DNA of 64,000 bases from an uncultured Candidatus Rokubacteria bacterium (GCA_963826115.1 CAWGVS010000005.1:800001-864000), one strand, 5' to 3'. Shown: positions 18,470 to 29,312, counted from the first letter of the stretch. Notes: generated by a model from the sequence alone, not told the origin. A program made the numbers and translations.

Positions 18470-19933
18470 TCAGCTGCGCTTGCGCACCGCGAGACGGCGC
18501 TGGTGCGAGGGCAGGATGCCGAGCTCCTCCCGGTACTTCGCGACCGTCCGCCGCGCGATCGTCAGGCCATCCTGCCGGAGCGCCTTGGTGATGTCCTGGT
18601 CGGAGAGGGGCTTCGCCAGCTCCTCCTTCGCCACGAGGTCCTCGATCATCTTCTTGACGCTGACCGACGAGACCTCGTCGCCTTGCGTCTTGGCGATGCC
18701 GCTGTGGAAGAAGAACTTCAGCGGCAGCACGCCTTGCGGCGTCTCCACGTACTTGCTCGTGGTCACTCGGCTCACCGTCGATTCGTGCATCCGGATGTCC
18801 TCGGCCACGTCCCGGAGGGACAGGGGCCGGAGGTAGGGGAGCCCGTTGTCCAGGAACGCCCGCTGGAACTGGACGATCGAGTTCGTGACCTTGTAGAGTG
18901 TTTTCTGCCGCTGCTGGATGCTCTTGATCAGCCAGACCGCGGACCGGACGCGGTCCTCGACGTAGCGCCGCGCCTCGTCCCCCTGCCCGATCACGTCCCG
19001 GTAGTAGCGGTTGATCCGGAGCCGCGGCATGCCGTCCTCGTTGAGGATGATGGCGTAGTCGTCGCCGACCTTCTTCACCAGCACGTCCGGCGTGACGTAG
19101 CGAGTCTCGGTCGACGCGAAGCGGCGCCCCGGCTTCGGCTCGAGCGTGGCGATCTCGTGCACGGCCTCGATGACCCGGTCCTGGTCGACCTTGAGGGTGC
19201 GGGCGATCTCCGGGTACTTGCACCGCTGCAGCGCCTCGAAGTGCTGGTCGAGGATCTGGATGGCGAGCGGGTTCGCGGGCTGCGCGCGTCCCGGGTCGCG
19301 GAGCTGGAGGAGCAGACACTCCCGGAGGTCGCGCGCGGCCACGCCGATCGGGTCGAAGGTCTGCACGAGCTCGAGGGCCTTCTCGATCACCGCGGGCGGG
19401 AGCTGCCGCTTCTCCGCGATCTCCTCGATCGTCGCCCGGAGGTACCCGTCCTCGTCGAGATTTCCGACGATCTCCTCCGCCGCCGCCTGCACTTGCGGCT
19501 CGACGACGCTCAGGCGGAGCTGTTCGTCCAGGTGGTCCGCGAGCGAGGTCGGAGTCCCGACGAAGTTCTCGAAGCGCGTGTCCTCGTGCTCCTCCTGCTG
19601 GACCAGGCTCCGCTCCTCGGGCGGGCCGAAGATGACCTCCGAGATGTCGAACGGGAGGTCGGGCGCGGCGTCGCCGGTCGGGGCCGTCGCGATCTCGGGC
19701 GCGGTCTCAGTCCGAGGCGGCTCGGGCGCCGCCTCGCCCTGCTCCTCGGTTTCCGGGGTCGGCGCGTCGTCGGGCGGGGCCTCCTCGAGGACGGGGTTCT
19801 CGAGGAGCTCCTTCTGCACGACCTCCTGGAGCTCCACCACCGACATCTGCAGGAGCTGGATCGCCTGCTGCAGCATCGGCGTCATGACGAGCCGCTGCGT
19901 CTGGCGGAGGGTGAGCCGGGTCTCCATGGCCAT
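18470..19933 (-). CDS. rpoN: RNA polymerase sigma-54 factor
   Basis: LVMTPMLQQAIQLLQ, HESTVSR, RpoN box ARRTVAKYRE. Confidence 0.98.
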   Translation of the reverse strand: MAMETRLTLRQTQRLVMTPMLQQAIQLLQMSVVELQEVVQKELLENPVLEEAPPDDAPTPETEEQGEAAPEPPRTETAPEIATAPTGDAAPDLPFDISEVIFGPPEERSLVQQEEHEDTRFENFVGTPTSLADHLDEQLRLSVVEPQVQAAAEEIVGNLDEDGYLRATIEEIAEKRQLPPAVIEKALELVQTFDPIGVAARDLRECLLLQLRDPGRAQPANPLAIQILDQHFEALQRCKYPEIARTLKVDQDRVIEAVHEIATLEPKPGRRFASTETRYVTPDVLVKKVGDDYAIILNEDGMPRLRINRYYRDVIGQGDEARRYVEDRVRSAVWLIKSIQQRQKTLYKVTNSIVQFQRAFLDNGLPYLRPLSLRDVAEDIRMHESTVSRVTTSKYVETPQGVLPLKFFFHSGIAKTQGDEVSSVSVKKMIEDLVAKEELAKPLSDQDITKALRQDGLTIARRTVAKYREELGILPSHQRRLAVRKRS

Positions 19934-19996
19934 GGCGGCGCCTATCCGGTGGGCCCGACGGCCCCGGGCCGGTCGACCGGCCGGACGCGCGCGAGG

Positions 19997-20716
19997 CTAG
20001 AGCGAGAACTTCTCACCGAGGTAGATCTCCCGCGCCTTCTCGTTGGTGGCCAGCTCGTGCGCCTTGCCCGACACCAGGATCTGACCGCCGAAGAGGATGT
20101 ACGAGCGGTCGGTGATCGAGAGGGTCTCGCGGACGTTGTGGTCCGTGATCAGGACCCCGATCCCCTTCTCCTTGAGCCGCGCGACGATGCTCTGGATCTC
20201 GGCGATCGCGATCGGGTCGATACCCGTGAACGGCTCGTCCAGCAGGATGTAGTTCGGGGACGTGATGAGGCAGCGCGTGATCTCGAGGCGCCGCCGCTCG
20301 CCGCCGGACAGCGTGAAGGCGCGTTGCTTGGCGAGGTGCTCGAGGCTCAGCTCCCGGAGCAGGTTGCGCAGACGCTCCTGCCGCTCCCGCGGGCTGAGGT
20401 CGATGGTCTCGAGGATGGCCAGCAGGTTCTCCTCGACCGTCAGCTTCCGGAAGACCGAGGACTCCTGCGGGAGGTAGCCGATGCCCTGTCGGCACCGCCG
20501 GTACATGGGCAGATTCGTGATGTCGTGCCCGTCCAGGAGGATCCGGCCGCGATCCGGCGTCAGGAGGCCGACGACCATGTAGAAGGTCGTGGTCTTCCCC
20601 GCCCCGTTGGGGCCGAGGAGGCCGACCACCTCTCCGCGCTCGATGTTGACGTTCACGTCGTTGACGACCTTCCGGTGTCGAAACGTCTTGACGAGGCCTT
20701 GCGCCTCGAGGCCCAT
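19997..20716 (-). CDS. lptB: LPS export ABC ATPase
   Basis: [49 protein letters not shown]. Confidence 0.97.
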   Translation of the reverse strand: MGLEAQGLVKTFRHRKVVNDVNVNIERGEVVGLLGPNGAGKTTTFYMVVGLLTPDRGRILLDGHDITNLPMYRRCRQGIGYLPQESSVFRKLTVEENLLAILETIDLSPRERQERLRNLLRELSLEHLAKQRAFTLSGGERRRLEITRCLITSPNYILLDEPFTGIDPIAIAEIQSIVARLKEKGIGVLITDHNVRETLSITDRSYILFGGQILVSGKAHELATNEKAREIYLGEKFSL

Positions 20717-20734
20717 CCGGCGCCTGCCCCGATC

Positions 20735-21376
20735 TCAGCCGCAGGCGCCGGGGCGCTTTTCGTCCTTCTTCGCGGCGGGGGCCCCACCCGCGGGCTTTTC
20801 CTCGTCGCGCTTCGGGTAGAAGACCGACTTCACGCGGCCCTGCGGACCCGCCTCGACCTCGCTCCGGTCGTCGGCGAGGTACATGACCACGCGCTCGCCC
20901 GTGACGACGTTGTCCTCCTGCCACACCTTGGCGTCGCCGATCAGGAGGAGCTTCTGGTCGTCGTCGTAGTACTCGGCGCGCTTCGCGGTACCGGTGCGGC
21001 AGTCCTCCGTGACGATCTTGACGTTTCCCGTCGAGATGATCCGGAGCACCCGCTCGCCCTTGTCGTCCAGGTACACCTCCATGCGGTCCGCTGTCTGGAC
21101 CGAGGTGTCCTGCTTGGCGACCACGTTCCCGGTGAAGACGACGAGCCCTTCCTTCTTGAAGGCCTCCATCCGGTCCGCGTCGATGACGATGGGCGAGTTC
21201 GATCGCGGCCCGCCGGGCTTGTTGCTGGACTTGGCGGGCGCGGGCTTCGGCGCGGCCGCAGGCGCGCCGCCACTCTTGGGGGCGGGAGCCGGCGCCTTGG
21301 TCTGGGCGACGAGCGGCGAGGCGACTCCGGCGCTCAGCGCCACCAGGGCCGTCAGGACGAGAGCGGCGCTCCTCAT
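20735..21376 (-). CDS. lptA: LPS transport periplasmic protein LptA
   Basis: Signal peptide; PIVIDADRME, FTGNVVAKQ, GNVKI, GRVKSVF (OstA-like); between lptC and lptB. Confidence 0.88.
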   Translation of the reverse strand: MRSAALVLTALVALSAGVASPLVAQTKAPAPAPKSGGAPAAAPKPAPAKSSNKPGGPRSNSPIVIDADRMEAFKKEGLVVFTGNVVAKQDTSVQTADRMEVYLDDKGERVLRIISTGNVKIVTEDCRTGTAKRAEYYDDDQKLLLIGDAKVWQEDNVVTGERVVMYLADDRSEVEAGPQGRVKSVFYPKRDEEKPAGGAPAAKKDEKRPGACG

Positions 21377-21963
21377 GGCTTGCTGCTCCTCGGGAAGAGT
21401 GCGAGGTTCGACTTCACGCGGTCCGTGATGACGACCCGGACGTTCTGGCGGATGGCCGCGCTCTCCTCCTGCATGCGGACCGCGAGGCCCCGCCCGGTGA
21501 TCGTGGTGCCTTCGCGGCTGATCTCCACGGGGTCGTCGGTTGCCAGGGTGCGGCGCTCGTTGTCCCAGGCGAGGGCGGCCGTCTTCATCTCCAGGCCGTC
21601 GTTCGATCGGATCACGACGTTCCCGGTGAGGGTGACGTCCCGCTTGTTGTTGTCGAGCGTGCCCTCGTCGCTCGTGACCGTCCAGTCGCCGTCCTTCGAG
21701 AACAGCTGGATGACGACCTTCCGCATGAGCGTGATGCCCTTCTGGTCGTAGACCTCCGCCTGGTCGGCGCGCAGGGTCCACCGGAGGTTCCCGTCCAGGG
21801 TCTCGTTGATGTGGACTTCCTTGATCTGGTACTCCGCCTGCTGTGGCGGTTGCTGGACGGCCGGAGGCGGCCGCCGCCCCATGACCCGCCAGGCAACGAC
21901 GCCCGACAGGCCGGCCAGCACGGCCAGGAAACACACCAGGAAGAGCGTTGAGAGCCGGCGCAT
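21373..21963 (-). CDS. lptC: LPS export protein LptC
   Basis: Single N-terminal TM helix then beta-jellyroll (WTLRADQA, LTGNVVI, TDDPVEI, ITGRGL). Confidence 0.85.
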   Translation of the reverse strand: MRRLSTLFLVCFLAVLAGLSGVVAWRVMGRRPPPAVQQPPQQAEYQIKEVHINETLDGNLRWTLRADQAEVYDQKGITLMRKVVIQLFSKDGDWTVTSDEGTLDNNKRDVTLTGNVVIRSNDGLEMKTAALAWDNERRTLATDDPVEISREGTTITGRGLAVRMQEESAAIRQNVRVVITDRVKSNLALFPRSSKP

Positions 21964-22010
21964 TCGATTGACCGTCAGTGCCCGGGATAGCCCGACACGG
22001 CGCCTACCCT

Positions 22011-22026
22011 AGCACGAATCGTGCCG
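22011..22026 (-). promoter_or_regulatory. sigma54 -24/-12 element upstream of lptC-lptA-lptB-rpoN
   Basis: CGGCACGATTCGTGCT: GG-N10-GC, close to TGGCACG-N4-TTGCW. Confidence 0.6.
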
Positions 22027-22152
22027 GGATAGAAGCGGCAAGATTCCATGCTGGTCCTGAGCAGCATGATCGTCAATAAATCAGTAGTTGCGATAACTTC
22101 TGAGGCGGTTCGATGTCGCGTCCGAGACCCGACTGGGACGCGAGCCTCCCGG

Positions 22153-23130
22153 TCAGGCGATCTTGGCCCGGAGGAGGTCGTGGAGGTGGAGGATCCCGTC
22201 CGGGCGTCCCTGGTCGTCGACGATGAAGAGCTGGGTGATGCTGTGCCGCTCCATCAGCTCGAGCGCGGTCGCGGCCAGCTCGGCTCGCCCCACGGTCTTC
22301 GGCCGGTGGGTCATGAGGGCGCCCACCGTGGTCGGGAGCGCCCCGCTCCGTTCGAGCGCGCGCCGGAGATCCCCGTCCGTGACGATGCCGGCGAGCCGGC
22401 CGCCGGCGTCGACGACGCCCGTGCAGCCGAGGCGCTTCGCGCTCATCGCCCGCACGACCTCGTCGAGGGTCGCGCCCTCCGCGACGACGGGCAGCGCATC
22501 CCCCTGGCGCATGAGCTCGGACACGCGGACCAAGCGGCGGCCGATCGCGCCACCCGGGTGGAGCCGCGCCATGTCCTCCGGGCCGAGGCCGCGCCGCGTC
22601 AGCACCGCGATCGCCAGGGCGTCACCCAGCGCGAGCGCGGCGGTGGTGGACGAGGTCGGCGTGAGGTTCAGCGGGCAGGCCTCCTCGCGGACCGAGACGT
22701 CGAGGACGAGCTCGGCGTGCTGCGCGAGGCGGGAGTCCGGGCGCCCCGTGAGGAGCACCAGCGGCGCGGCGAGCCGCTTGATCGCCGGGACCAGCGCGAG
22801 GAGCTCTTCGGTCTCCCCGCTGTGGGAGAGCGCGAGCACGACGTCACCACGGACCAGCATGCCCAGGTCACCGTGGACCCCCTCGGCGGGGTGGAGGAAC
22901 AGAGCGGGCGTGCCCGTGGCCGCGAGCGTGGCCGCGAGCTTCTTGCCCACGAGGCCGGACTTTCCCATCCCGGTCACGACGACGCGGCCGCGGCACGATT
23001 CCACCAGTGCGACCGCCTGCTCGAAGCGCTGGTCCAGGCGGTCGATGAGCGCCCGCACCGCGTCGGCCTCGGTCTCCAGCACGCGGCGCGCCACCTTGAG
23101 GGCGTCGTCGGACCCGAACGAGCCCTTCAT
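22153..23130 (-). CDS. kdsD: Arabinose-5-phosphate isomerase (KpsF/GutQ family, SIS + CBS)
   Basis: VTGMGKSG, FLHPAEGVHGDLG, EACPLNLTPTSST, HPGG, GIVTDGDLRR. Confidence 0.95.
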   Translation of the reverse strand: MKGSFGSDDALKVARRVLETEADAVRALIDRLDQRFEQAVALVESCRGRVVVTGMGKSGLVGKKLAATLAATGTPALFLHPAEGVHGDLGMLVRGDVVLALSHSGETEELLALVPAIKRLAAPLVLLTGRPDSRLAQHAELVLDVSVREEACPLNLTPTSSTTAALALGDALAIAVLTRRGLGPEDMARLHPGGAIGRRLVRVSELMRQGDALPVVAEGATLDEVVRAMSAKRLGCTGVVDAGGRLAGIVTDGDLRRALERSGALPTTVGALMTHRPKTVGRAELAATALELMERHSITQLFIVDDQGRPDGILHLHDLLRAKIA

Positions 23131-23942
23131 GGGATCCCCGCCAGGGCCTCGCCAATCGCCCGGAGCTCGCGAAGGAGCCGCGGGAGCCGGCCGAGCGCCA
23201 GCATCGTCGGCCCGTCCGAGGGCGCCCGCTCCGGGTCCTCGTGGACCTCCATGAAGACCGCGTCCACCCCGAAGGCGACGGCGGCGCGCGCGAGCGGCTC
23301 CACGTACTGGCGCTCGCCGCCCGAGCGGGTCCCCTCCCCGCCGGGGAGCTGCACCGAGTGCGTGGCGTCGAAGACGACCGGCACCCCGAGGCCGCGCATC
23401 ACGCGGAGGCCGCGGAAGTCCACGACGAGGTTGTTGTACCCGAAGGTGGCCCCCCGCTCGGTGAGGAGGACATCCTCGCATCCCGCGCCCCGGAGCTTCT
23501 CGACCACGTTCCGCATGTCCCACGGCGCCATGAACTGACCCTTCTTCACGTTCACCGGGCGCCCGCTCCGGCCGCAGGCGACGACGAGGTCGGTCTGCCG
23601 GCACAGGAACGCCGGGATCTGGACCAGATCGAGGACCTCGGCCGCCGCCGGCACGTCCTCGGGTCCGTGCACGTCCGAGAGCACGGGGCAGCCGAACGTC
23701 TCGCGCACGCGCCGGAGGATCCGGAGCCCCTCCCGGAGACCCGGACCCCGGTACGAACGGGCCGACGAGCGGTTGGCCTTGTCGTAGGAGGACTTGTAGA
23801 CGAACGGCACGCCGGCATCCGCCGCGATCCCGACCAGGGTCTCGGCGGTCCGGAGGGCGTGCGACTCGTCCTCGATCGCGCACGGGCCCGCCAGGAGTGC
23901 GAGCGGGCGCCCGCCGCCGATCGCCACGGGCCCGACGGACAC
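23127..23942 (-). CDS. kdsA: KDO-8-phosphate synthase
   Basis: AGPCAIE, KSSYDKANRSS, QIPAFLCRQTDL, NVKKGQF, TERG, FDATHSVQLPG; start uncertain. Confidence 0.96.
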   Translation of the reverse strand: MSVGPVAIGGGRPLALLAGPCAIEDESHALRTAETLVGIAADAGVPFVYKSSYDKANRSSARSYRGPGLREGLRILRRVRETFGCPVLSDVHGPEDVPAAAEVLDLVQIPAFLCRQTDLVVACGRSGRPVNVKKGQFMAPWDMRNVVEKLRGAGCEDVLLTERGATFGYNNLVVDFRGLRVMRGLGVPVVFDATHSVQLPGGEGTRSGGERQYVEPLARAAVAFGVDAVFMEVHEDPERAPSDGPTMLALGRLPRLLRELRAIGEALAGIP

Positions 23943-23979
23943 GACGCGCGTGGCCGGGACCGCGCCGCCGCCCGAGCGG

Positions 23980-25056
23980 TCAGCGTCCGACGAAGTAGTG
24001 GTCGAGGCCGATCTTCCGGGTCCCATAGAGCTTGTTCCGCGTGGCCTCCTGGCAGACCTCCGCGTTCTTCCCTCGAAGCTCCGCGCACACGCGGATGGCG
24101 GTGGGCTCGTCGATCTCGGCGAGCTTCTCGACGACGCCCTGGATACACAGCCACTGAGCCGCCTCCGGCCCCTGCCCGCAGATCTCTCGGATGCGCGACG
24201 GCGTCTGGGCGACGGGCCCGACGCTCGCGTGCCCCAGCCCGTGGAAGCAGGCAGGCTGGACACGGGATGGGAGGCCGAGGCACTCCTTGGCCACCGCCGG
24301 CATCCCCTCCCCGCGGCTTGCGGCCCGCGCGAGCATGAAGAACACCTTGTACCGGTAGCAAGCCGCGGCGTACTGCTTCGCCTCGTCGCAGGGATACTGA
24401 TCGGCGCGGGCGGCGATCTGCTTCTGGTACGTCATGAAGAGCTGCATGTACGCGCCGGACGCGCAGTAGTACTGGTAGGCGCGCTCCCCGACGGCCTCGC
24501 AGAGCTTCAGCGCGCGGGGGATGTCGTAGTTCGACACGTAGGCGGCGCCGTGGCCGACCCCGTGCACGCAGTCCCCCTTCTTGTGGATCCGGCGGAAGGC
24601 CTCGCCGTCGCACAGGGTCGCGATCCGGTCGCGCAGGGAGCCGGGCTGCTCGGTGAACGCCTCCATCAGGACGCCGTGCATGCAACCCGAGACGCAGCGA
24701 GTCTGGCAGGCCTGGAGAACCGCCGGCATGTCCTTCGTCGTCGCGTAGGCGGCCTTGCCGAGCTCGTGCGCGTGGTCGTGGCAGTTCGGGAACGCGCTCT
24801 CCAGCGCGTCGAGCAGCCCCGGGACGCCGAGACGGGGGATCCAGGCCTCGAGCACCTTCCGCCGGCCCTCGGGAGGAGCGGCGCGGTACTCCCCGAGGAA
24901 GCGCTGACGGAGCGCGGGGTCGGACGGCGTCGTGGGCGTCGGATTCGCCGCGCGCTCCTCGAAGACCGAGGGCGCGGCCGGTGGGGCCGCCGGCGCCGCG
25001 GTGGTCGCGCCCGCCCCGAGCGCGATCGCGGCGAGCAGGAGGGCGGCGGGCCTCAC
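23980..25056 (-). CDS. Secreted Cys/His-rich helical-repeat hypothetical protein
   Basis: GTG overlaps the pyrG stop; signal peptide; [40 protein letters not shown]. Confidence 0.8.
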   Translation of the reverse strand: MRPAALLLAAIALGAGATTAAPAAPPAAPSVFEERAANPTPTTPSDPALRQRFLGEYRAAPPEGRRKVLEAWIPRLGVPGLLDALESAFPNCHDHAHELGKAAYATTKDMPAVLQACQTRCVSGCMHGVLMEAFTEQPGSLRDRIATLCDGEAFRRIHKKGDCVHGVGHGAAYVSNYDIPRALKLCEAVGERAYQYYCASGAYMQLFMTYQKQIAARADQYPCDEAKQYAAACYRYKVFFMLARAASRGEGMPAVAKECLGLPSRVQPACFHGLGHASVGPVAQTPSRIREICGQGPEAAQWLCIQGVVEKLAEIDEPTAIRVCAELRGKNAEVCQEATRNKLYGTRKIGLDHYFVGR

Positions 25057-26654
25057 CGGCGGCTGTGCCGCAGGGCCGCTCCGACGAACCCGGCGAAGAG
25101 GGGATGCGGCGACCAGGGGCGCGACCGGAATTCGGGGTGGAACTGCCCTGCCACGAACCACGGGTGATCGGGCAGCTCCACGATCTCCACGAGCTGCTTC
25201 GCCGGCCACACGCCCGAGACGCGGAACCCGTTCTTCTCGAGGAGCTTCCGGTACTCGTTCGAGACCTCGTAGCGGTGGCGGTGGCGCTCCTGGATGTGCG
25301 TGCTGCCGTAGATCTTCGCCGCCAACGAGTCCTCGGCGAGCGCGATCGGATACAGGCCGAGCCGCATTGTGCCACCCTTGTCCTCGACCGTCCGCTGCTC
25401 GGGCAGGATGTCGATGACCGGATGGGGGGTCTGCGCGTCGAACTCGGCCGAGTTGGCTCCCGCGAGCCCGGCAACGTGCCGGGCGAACTCGATCACCGCG
25501 CACTGTAGCCCGAGGCAGATGCCGAAGAACGGCACGTTGTGCTCGCGAGCATACTGGATCGCCTCGACCTTGCCCGGGATGCCGCGGTCCCCGAAGCCGC
25601 CGGGGATCAGGATGCCGTCCACGTCCGCGAGGTGCGCCGCGGGTCCCTCCTGGACGAGCTGCTCGGCGTCGACCCACCGCGTCTCCACGCGGGCGTTGTG
25701 GGCGATCCCGCCGTGCGTCAGCGCCTCGGCCAGGCTCTTGTAGGAGTCCCGGAGCTCGACGTACTTGCCCACGACCGCGATCCGCGCCGTCCGGGCCGGC
25801 TGCTTGATCTTCCGGACGATCCCCTCCCACGTCGACAGGTCGATGGGGCCGGCCGGCAGGCCGAGCAGCTTGACGATGATCTCGTCGAGCCCTTCCTGGT
25901 GGAAGACGAGGGGCACCTCGTAGATCGTCTCCACGTCCTTGGCGGTGATCACCGCCTCCTCGTCGACGTCGCAGAACAGCGCGATCTTGGACTTGATGGA
26001 CGCCGGCAGGAAGCGGTCGGTCCGGCACAGCACGATGTCGGGCTGGATACCGATCGCCCGCAGCTCCTTCACGGAGTGCTGCGTCGCCTTGGTCTTGAGC
26101 TCGCCCGACGCCTTGATGAACGGTACCAGGGTCAAGTGGATGTAGAGCACGTTTTCGCGCCCGACGTCCTTCTTGAGCTGGCGGACGGCCTCCAGGAAGG
26201 GCAGGCTCTCGATGTCGCCGACGGTGCCGCCGATCTCGACGATCTGGACGTCGACATCCTGGCTGACCCGCCGGATCGACGCCTTGATCTCGTCGGTGAT
26301 GTGCGGGATCACCTGGACGGTACGGCCCAGGTAGTCGCCGCGCCGCTCGCGGGAGATCACCGCGTGGTAGACCTTGCCCGTGGTGACGTTGTGGTCCCGC
26401 GTCATGCGCGCGCGCGTGAACCGCTCGTAGTGGCCCAGGTCCAGGTCGGTCTCGCCGCCGTCGTCGGTGACGAAGACCTCGCCGTGCTGGTAGGGGCTCA
26501 TGGTCCCCGCGTCCACGTTGATGTAGGGATCCATCTTCTGGAGGGTGACCCGGAAGCCGCGGGCCTCCAGGAGACAGCCGATGGACGCGGCCGCCAGTCC
26601 CTTGCCCAGGGACGACACAACCCCGCCGGTGACGAACACGTACTTGGTCGGCAC
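25053..26654 (-). CDS. pyrG: CTP synthase
   Basis: [49 protein letters not shown]. Confidence 0.98.
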   Translation of the reverse strand: MPTKYVFVTGGVVSSLGKGLAAASIGCLLEARGFRVTLQKMDPYINVDAGTMSPYQHGEVFVTDDGGETDLDLGHYERFTRARMTRDHNVTTGKVYHAVISRERRGDYLGRTVQVIPHITDEIKASIRRVSQDVDVQIVEIGGTVGDIESLPFLEAVRQLKKDVGRENVLYIHLTLVPFIKASGELKTKATQHSVKELRAIGIQPDIVLCRTDRFLPASIKSKIALFCDVDEEAVITAKDVETIYEVPLVFHQEGLDEIIVKLLGLPAGPIDLSTWEGIVRKIKQPARTARIAVVGKYVELRDSYKSLAEALTHGGIAHNARVETRWVDAEQLVQEGPAAHLADVDGILIPGGFGDRGIPGKVEAIQYAREHNVPFFGICLGLQCAVIEFARHVAGLAGANSAEFDAQTPHPVIDILPEQRTVEDKGGTMRLGLYPIALAEDSLAAKIYGSTHIQERHRHRYEVSNEYRKLLEKNGFRVSGVWPAKQLVEIVELPDHPWFVAGQFHPEFRSRPWSPHPLFAGFVGAALRHSRR

Positions 26655-26656
26655 GA

Positions 26657-28363
26657 TCAGCCTCCTCTCTTACCCGGTCGGGTGAGCGATGTGTCCCCGC
26701 GCGGCGGTTGGCTCACGATCCCATGGAGCAAGCGTAACGCACCTGCGCGGCTTCGGAACTGTCCTGCTGCCTGGGCTGCCCGGAGCGCCTTCAACAGCTC
26801 GCCGATCCGCGGCCCGGGCGGGACGCCCAGGGCCGCGACGTCGTCGCCGGTCACGAGCGTGGGAACGCGCGCCCCGCGCCGGAGGTGGCGGTCGACGCGC
26901 GCGCGGCTCGCGGGTCCGGCGAGGGCCCGCGCCCAGGCGAGGGTGAGCGGCGCCACGCCTTCCAGCAGGCGGTGCGTTGCCGCCCGTCCCCGCGTCCCGC
27001 CGAGCCGGCGCGTGAGCGCCGGGGCGTCCCGGCGGGCCTGCCGCACCGCCGCGCGCGCGGAGGGCGCCAGGGCGAGCCGCTCCATCGGCGCCTCGAGCGC
27101 GTCGCGGTCGCCCCACAGGGCCAGCGTCGCGAGGGCGACGGCCGCGTCGGCGTCGCGACGCGCCGGGGCGAACGGCGCCCGCGTGGCCGCGAGGCGACGG
27201 GACGCCGCGCGAGCCGGCGACGGCGCGCCGAGAAGACGCCACGCGCCGAGCCTCGTCGCTTCGCGGACCGCGGCGGCCGGCCGGACCTCGGCGAGCAGGA
27301 GCTCGAGCTCGGCGCGCAAGCGATCGCCCGAGAGGCCCCGGTAGATGTCGAGCCCCGCGGCCTCGGCGGCCAGACGGCGCGTCGTCGGGTCCACCCGGCA
27401 GCCCAGGCGGGCGGCGAATCGCGCCGCGCGGAAGATCCGCGTCGGGTCCTCCACGAACGAGAGGGGGTGGAGGACGCGCAGGCGTCGAGCGCGAAGGTCC
27501 GCCAGACCGCCGGTCGCGTCGACGATCTCGCCCCACGCGTCGCGATCGAGCCGGGCCGCCAGCGCGTTCAGCGAGAAGTCTCGCCGCACGAGATCTTCCT
27601 CGAGCCTCGCCGGCGCCACCGCGGGCAAGGCGCCCGGGACCCGGTAGGATTCGCGCCGCGCGGTGGCGAGGTCGATGCGGCGGCCGTCCGGGAGCGTCAC
27701 GGTGGCGGTGAGGAACGCGTGGTGCTCGAGGATTCGACCTCCGAGACTCCGCGCGAGCGCATGCCCGAGTGCCGCCGCGCTCCCCTCCACCGCGAGGTCG
27801 AGGTCGGTCCGCTCGTCCGCGCGGCCGAGCAGGAGGTCACGCACCAGGCCGCCGACGGCGGCGACGCGGAGACCCAGCGCGTCCCCGTGGGCGCCCGCGG
27901 CTCGCAGGATCTCCGCGACGCGGTGGGGCAGCCGGTCGAGCTGAGATGCGACCGAAAACGGCAAGGGGCGTGCCGCCCTCTCGTCGCGGAAGACCGCGCC
28001 CTCCGGGCGGCCCGACGGGCCGACCAGGACGAAGGGCCGACCGGGTCCGAGCTGCCGGCGGACGGCCACCTCGGCGGTGCCCGGAGCCACGAGGGGGGCG
28101 TCCCAGAGGACCGCCGTCAGCGGAGCCCGGTGGAGACCCAGCGCGAGGGCTCGGGCCAGCGTTTCCTTCGACGCGGCCCCCCAGGCGCCGCCGGTGCGCG
28201 CGACGACGAGCGGCGCTCGGCGCCGCTCCCGGAGGTGCGACGCCCGCGCGATCGTGAGGTCCGGAGGCACGACGAGCGGCGGCCGTCCCATGAGTCCCGC
28301 GGCTCGGGGGTCCACCTGCGGGTACGTCGTGCGGCGGATCGTCACGGCGAGGCTCCCGCTCAT
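26657..28363 (-). CDS. cca: tRNA nucleotidyltransferase (class II, probably A-adding type) with degenerate CBS-like N-terminus
   Basis: [58 protein letters not shown]. Confidence 0.85.
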   Translation of the reverse strand: MSGSLAVTIRRTTYPQVDPRAAGLMGRPPLVVPPDLTIARASHLRERRRAPLVVARTGGAWGAASKETLARALALGLHRAPLTAVLWDAPLVAPGTAEVAVRRQLGPGRPFVLVGPSGRPEGAVFRDERAARPLPFSVASQLDRLPHRVAEILRAAGAHGDALGLRVAAVGGLVRDLLLGRADERTDLDLAVEGSAAALGHALARSLGGRILEHHAFLTATVTLPDGRRIDLATARRESYRVPGALPAVAPARLEEDLVRRDFSLNALAARLDRDAWGEIVDATGGLADLRARRLRVLHPLSFVEDPTRIFRAARFAARLGCRVDPTTRRLAAEAAGLDIYRGLSGDRLRAELELLLAEVRPAAAVREATRLGAWRLLGAPSPARAASRRLAATRAPFAPARRDADAAVALATLALWGDRDALEAPMERLALAPSARAAVRQARRDAPALTRRLGGTRGRAATHRLLEGVAPLTLAWARALAGPASRARVDRHLRRGARVPTLVTGDDVAALGVPPGPRIGELLKALRAAQAAGQFRSRAGALRLLHGIVSQPPRGDTSLTRPGKRGG

Positions 28364-28403
28364 CCCGCCCGCCGTCGCGCCGGTCTCACGCCCGCGCTCA
28401 CGC

Positions 28404-29312
28404 TCACGCCCTCGGGTGGAACGTGCGGTAGAGGCGGCGCACGGCGTCGGTCGGGAGGTGCGTGTAGATCTCCGTGGTGCCGATGTCGGCGTGACCGAGG
28501 AGCGCCTGCACCGACCGGAGGTCGGCGCCGCCTTCGAGGAGGTGGCTCGCGAAGGAGTGGCGGAGCGCGTGGGGGTAGCCGCCCCGGAGTCCCGCCTGGC
28601 GCGCGCGGGCGCGCACGATGCGCCAGAGCTCCTGGCGGGCGACCGGCCGGCCGCGCGCGCTCACGAAGAGCGTGCCCGGGTCTCGTCCGCGGACGAGCTC
28701 TGGGCGCCCGCGCTCGAGGTACTGGGCGACGGCCCGGCGGGCCGCGTCCCCGATCGGGACGAGTCGCTGGCGATCGCGCTTGCCGCGGCAGACGAGGAGC
28801 TGGGCCTGGAGGTCCACGTCGGCGGGCCGGAGGCCGACCAGCTCCGAGGCGCGGAGCCCCGATCCGTAGAGCAGCTCCAGCATCGCGCGGTCCCGCCGGG
28901 CGCGCGGAGTCTGGTCGGCGGGCGCCTCCACGAGCGCGGCCGCGTCCCGCTTGGAGAGCGCTCGCGGCAGGCGGCGGGGGAGCCGGGGCGTCTCGAGGAG
29001 CGCGGCGGGGTTCTCCGGCAGGCGGCCCGCGTGCCGCCCGAACCGGTAGAGCCCGCGCATGGCCGCGAGACCGCGGGCCAGCGTGCGGGGGCTCCGACCC
29101 TCCCGACGGAGCGCCTCCAGGTGCGCGACCAGGTCGTCCGGCCGCGCCGTCTCGAGGGTCCGCCGGCGGGTCCGGAGAAACGCGGCGAGGCGCGACAGGT
29201 CGCGCCGGTAGGCGGCGATGGTGAGGGCCGAGCTGCCGTCCTCGACGCGCAGTCGCTCGAGGAACTCGTCCACCAGGGGGCCGGGCGTCGAGGGCGCCGC
29301 CCCTCCTCTCAT
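28404..29312 (-). CDS. xerD: Site-specific tyrosine recombinase XerD
   Basis: AYRRDL, RDRAMLELLYGSGLRASEL, GKRDRQRLVP, PHALRHSFASHLLEGGADLRSVQALLGHADIGTTEIYTH. Confidence 0.9.
   Translation of the reverse strand: MRGGAAPSTPGPLVDEFLERLRVEDGSSALTIAAYRRDLSRLAAFLRTRRRTLETARPDDLVAHLEALRREGRSPRTLARGLAAMRGLYRFGRHAGRLPENPAALLETPRLPRRLPRALSKRDAAALVEAPADQTPRARRDRAMLELLYGSGLRASELVGLRPADVDLQAQLLVCRGKRDRQRLVPIGDAARRAVAQYLERGRPELVRGRDPGTLFVSARGRPVARQELWRIVRARARQAGLRGGYPHALRHSFASHLLEGGADLRSVQALLGHADIGTTEIYTHLPTDAVRRLYRTFHPRA

Noticed and set aside
19967-19982. 16-bp palindrome GGCCGGTCGACCGGCC before rpoN
   Set aside because: Almost all G/C in a very GC-rich genome; no U-tract and no second copy seen.
22075-22100. 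IHF site near the sigma54 element
   Set aside because: AATCAGTAGTTG is one base short of WATCAA-N4-TTR, so it is kept only as an AT-rich tract.
28404-29312. Tyrosine recombinase as a mobile-element integrase
   Set aside because: Typical housekeeping XerD motifs, coupled to dtd, with no att sites, cargo genes or compositional shift.
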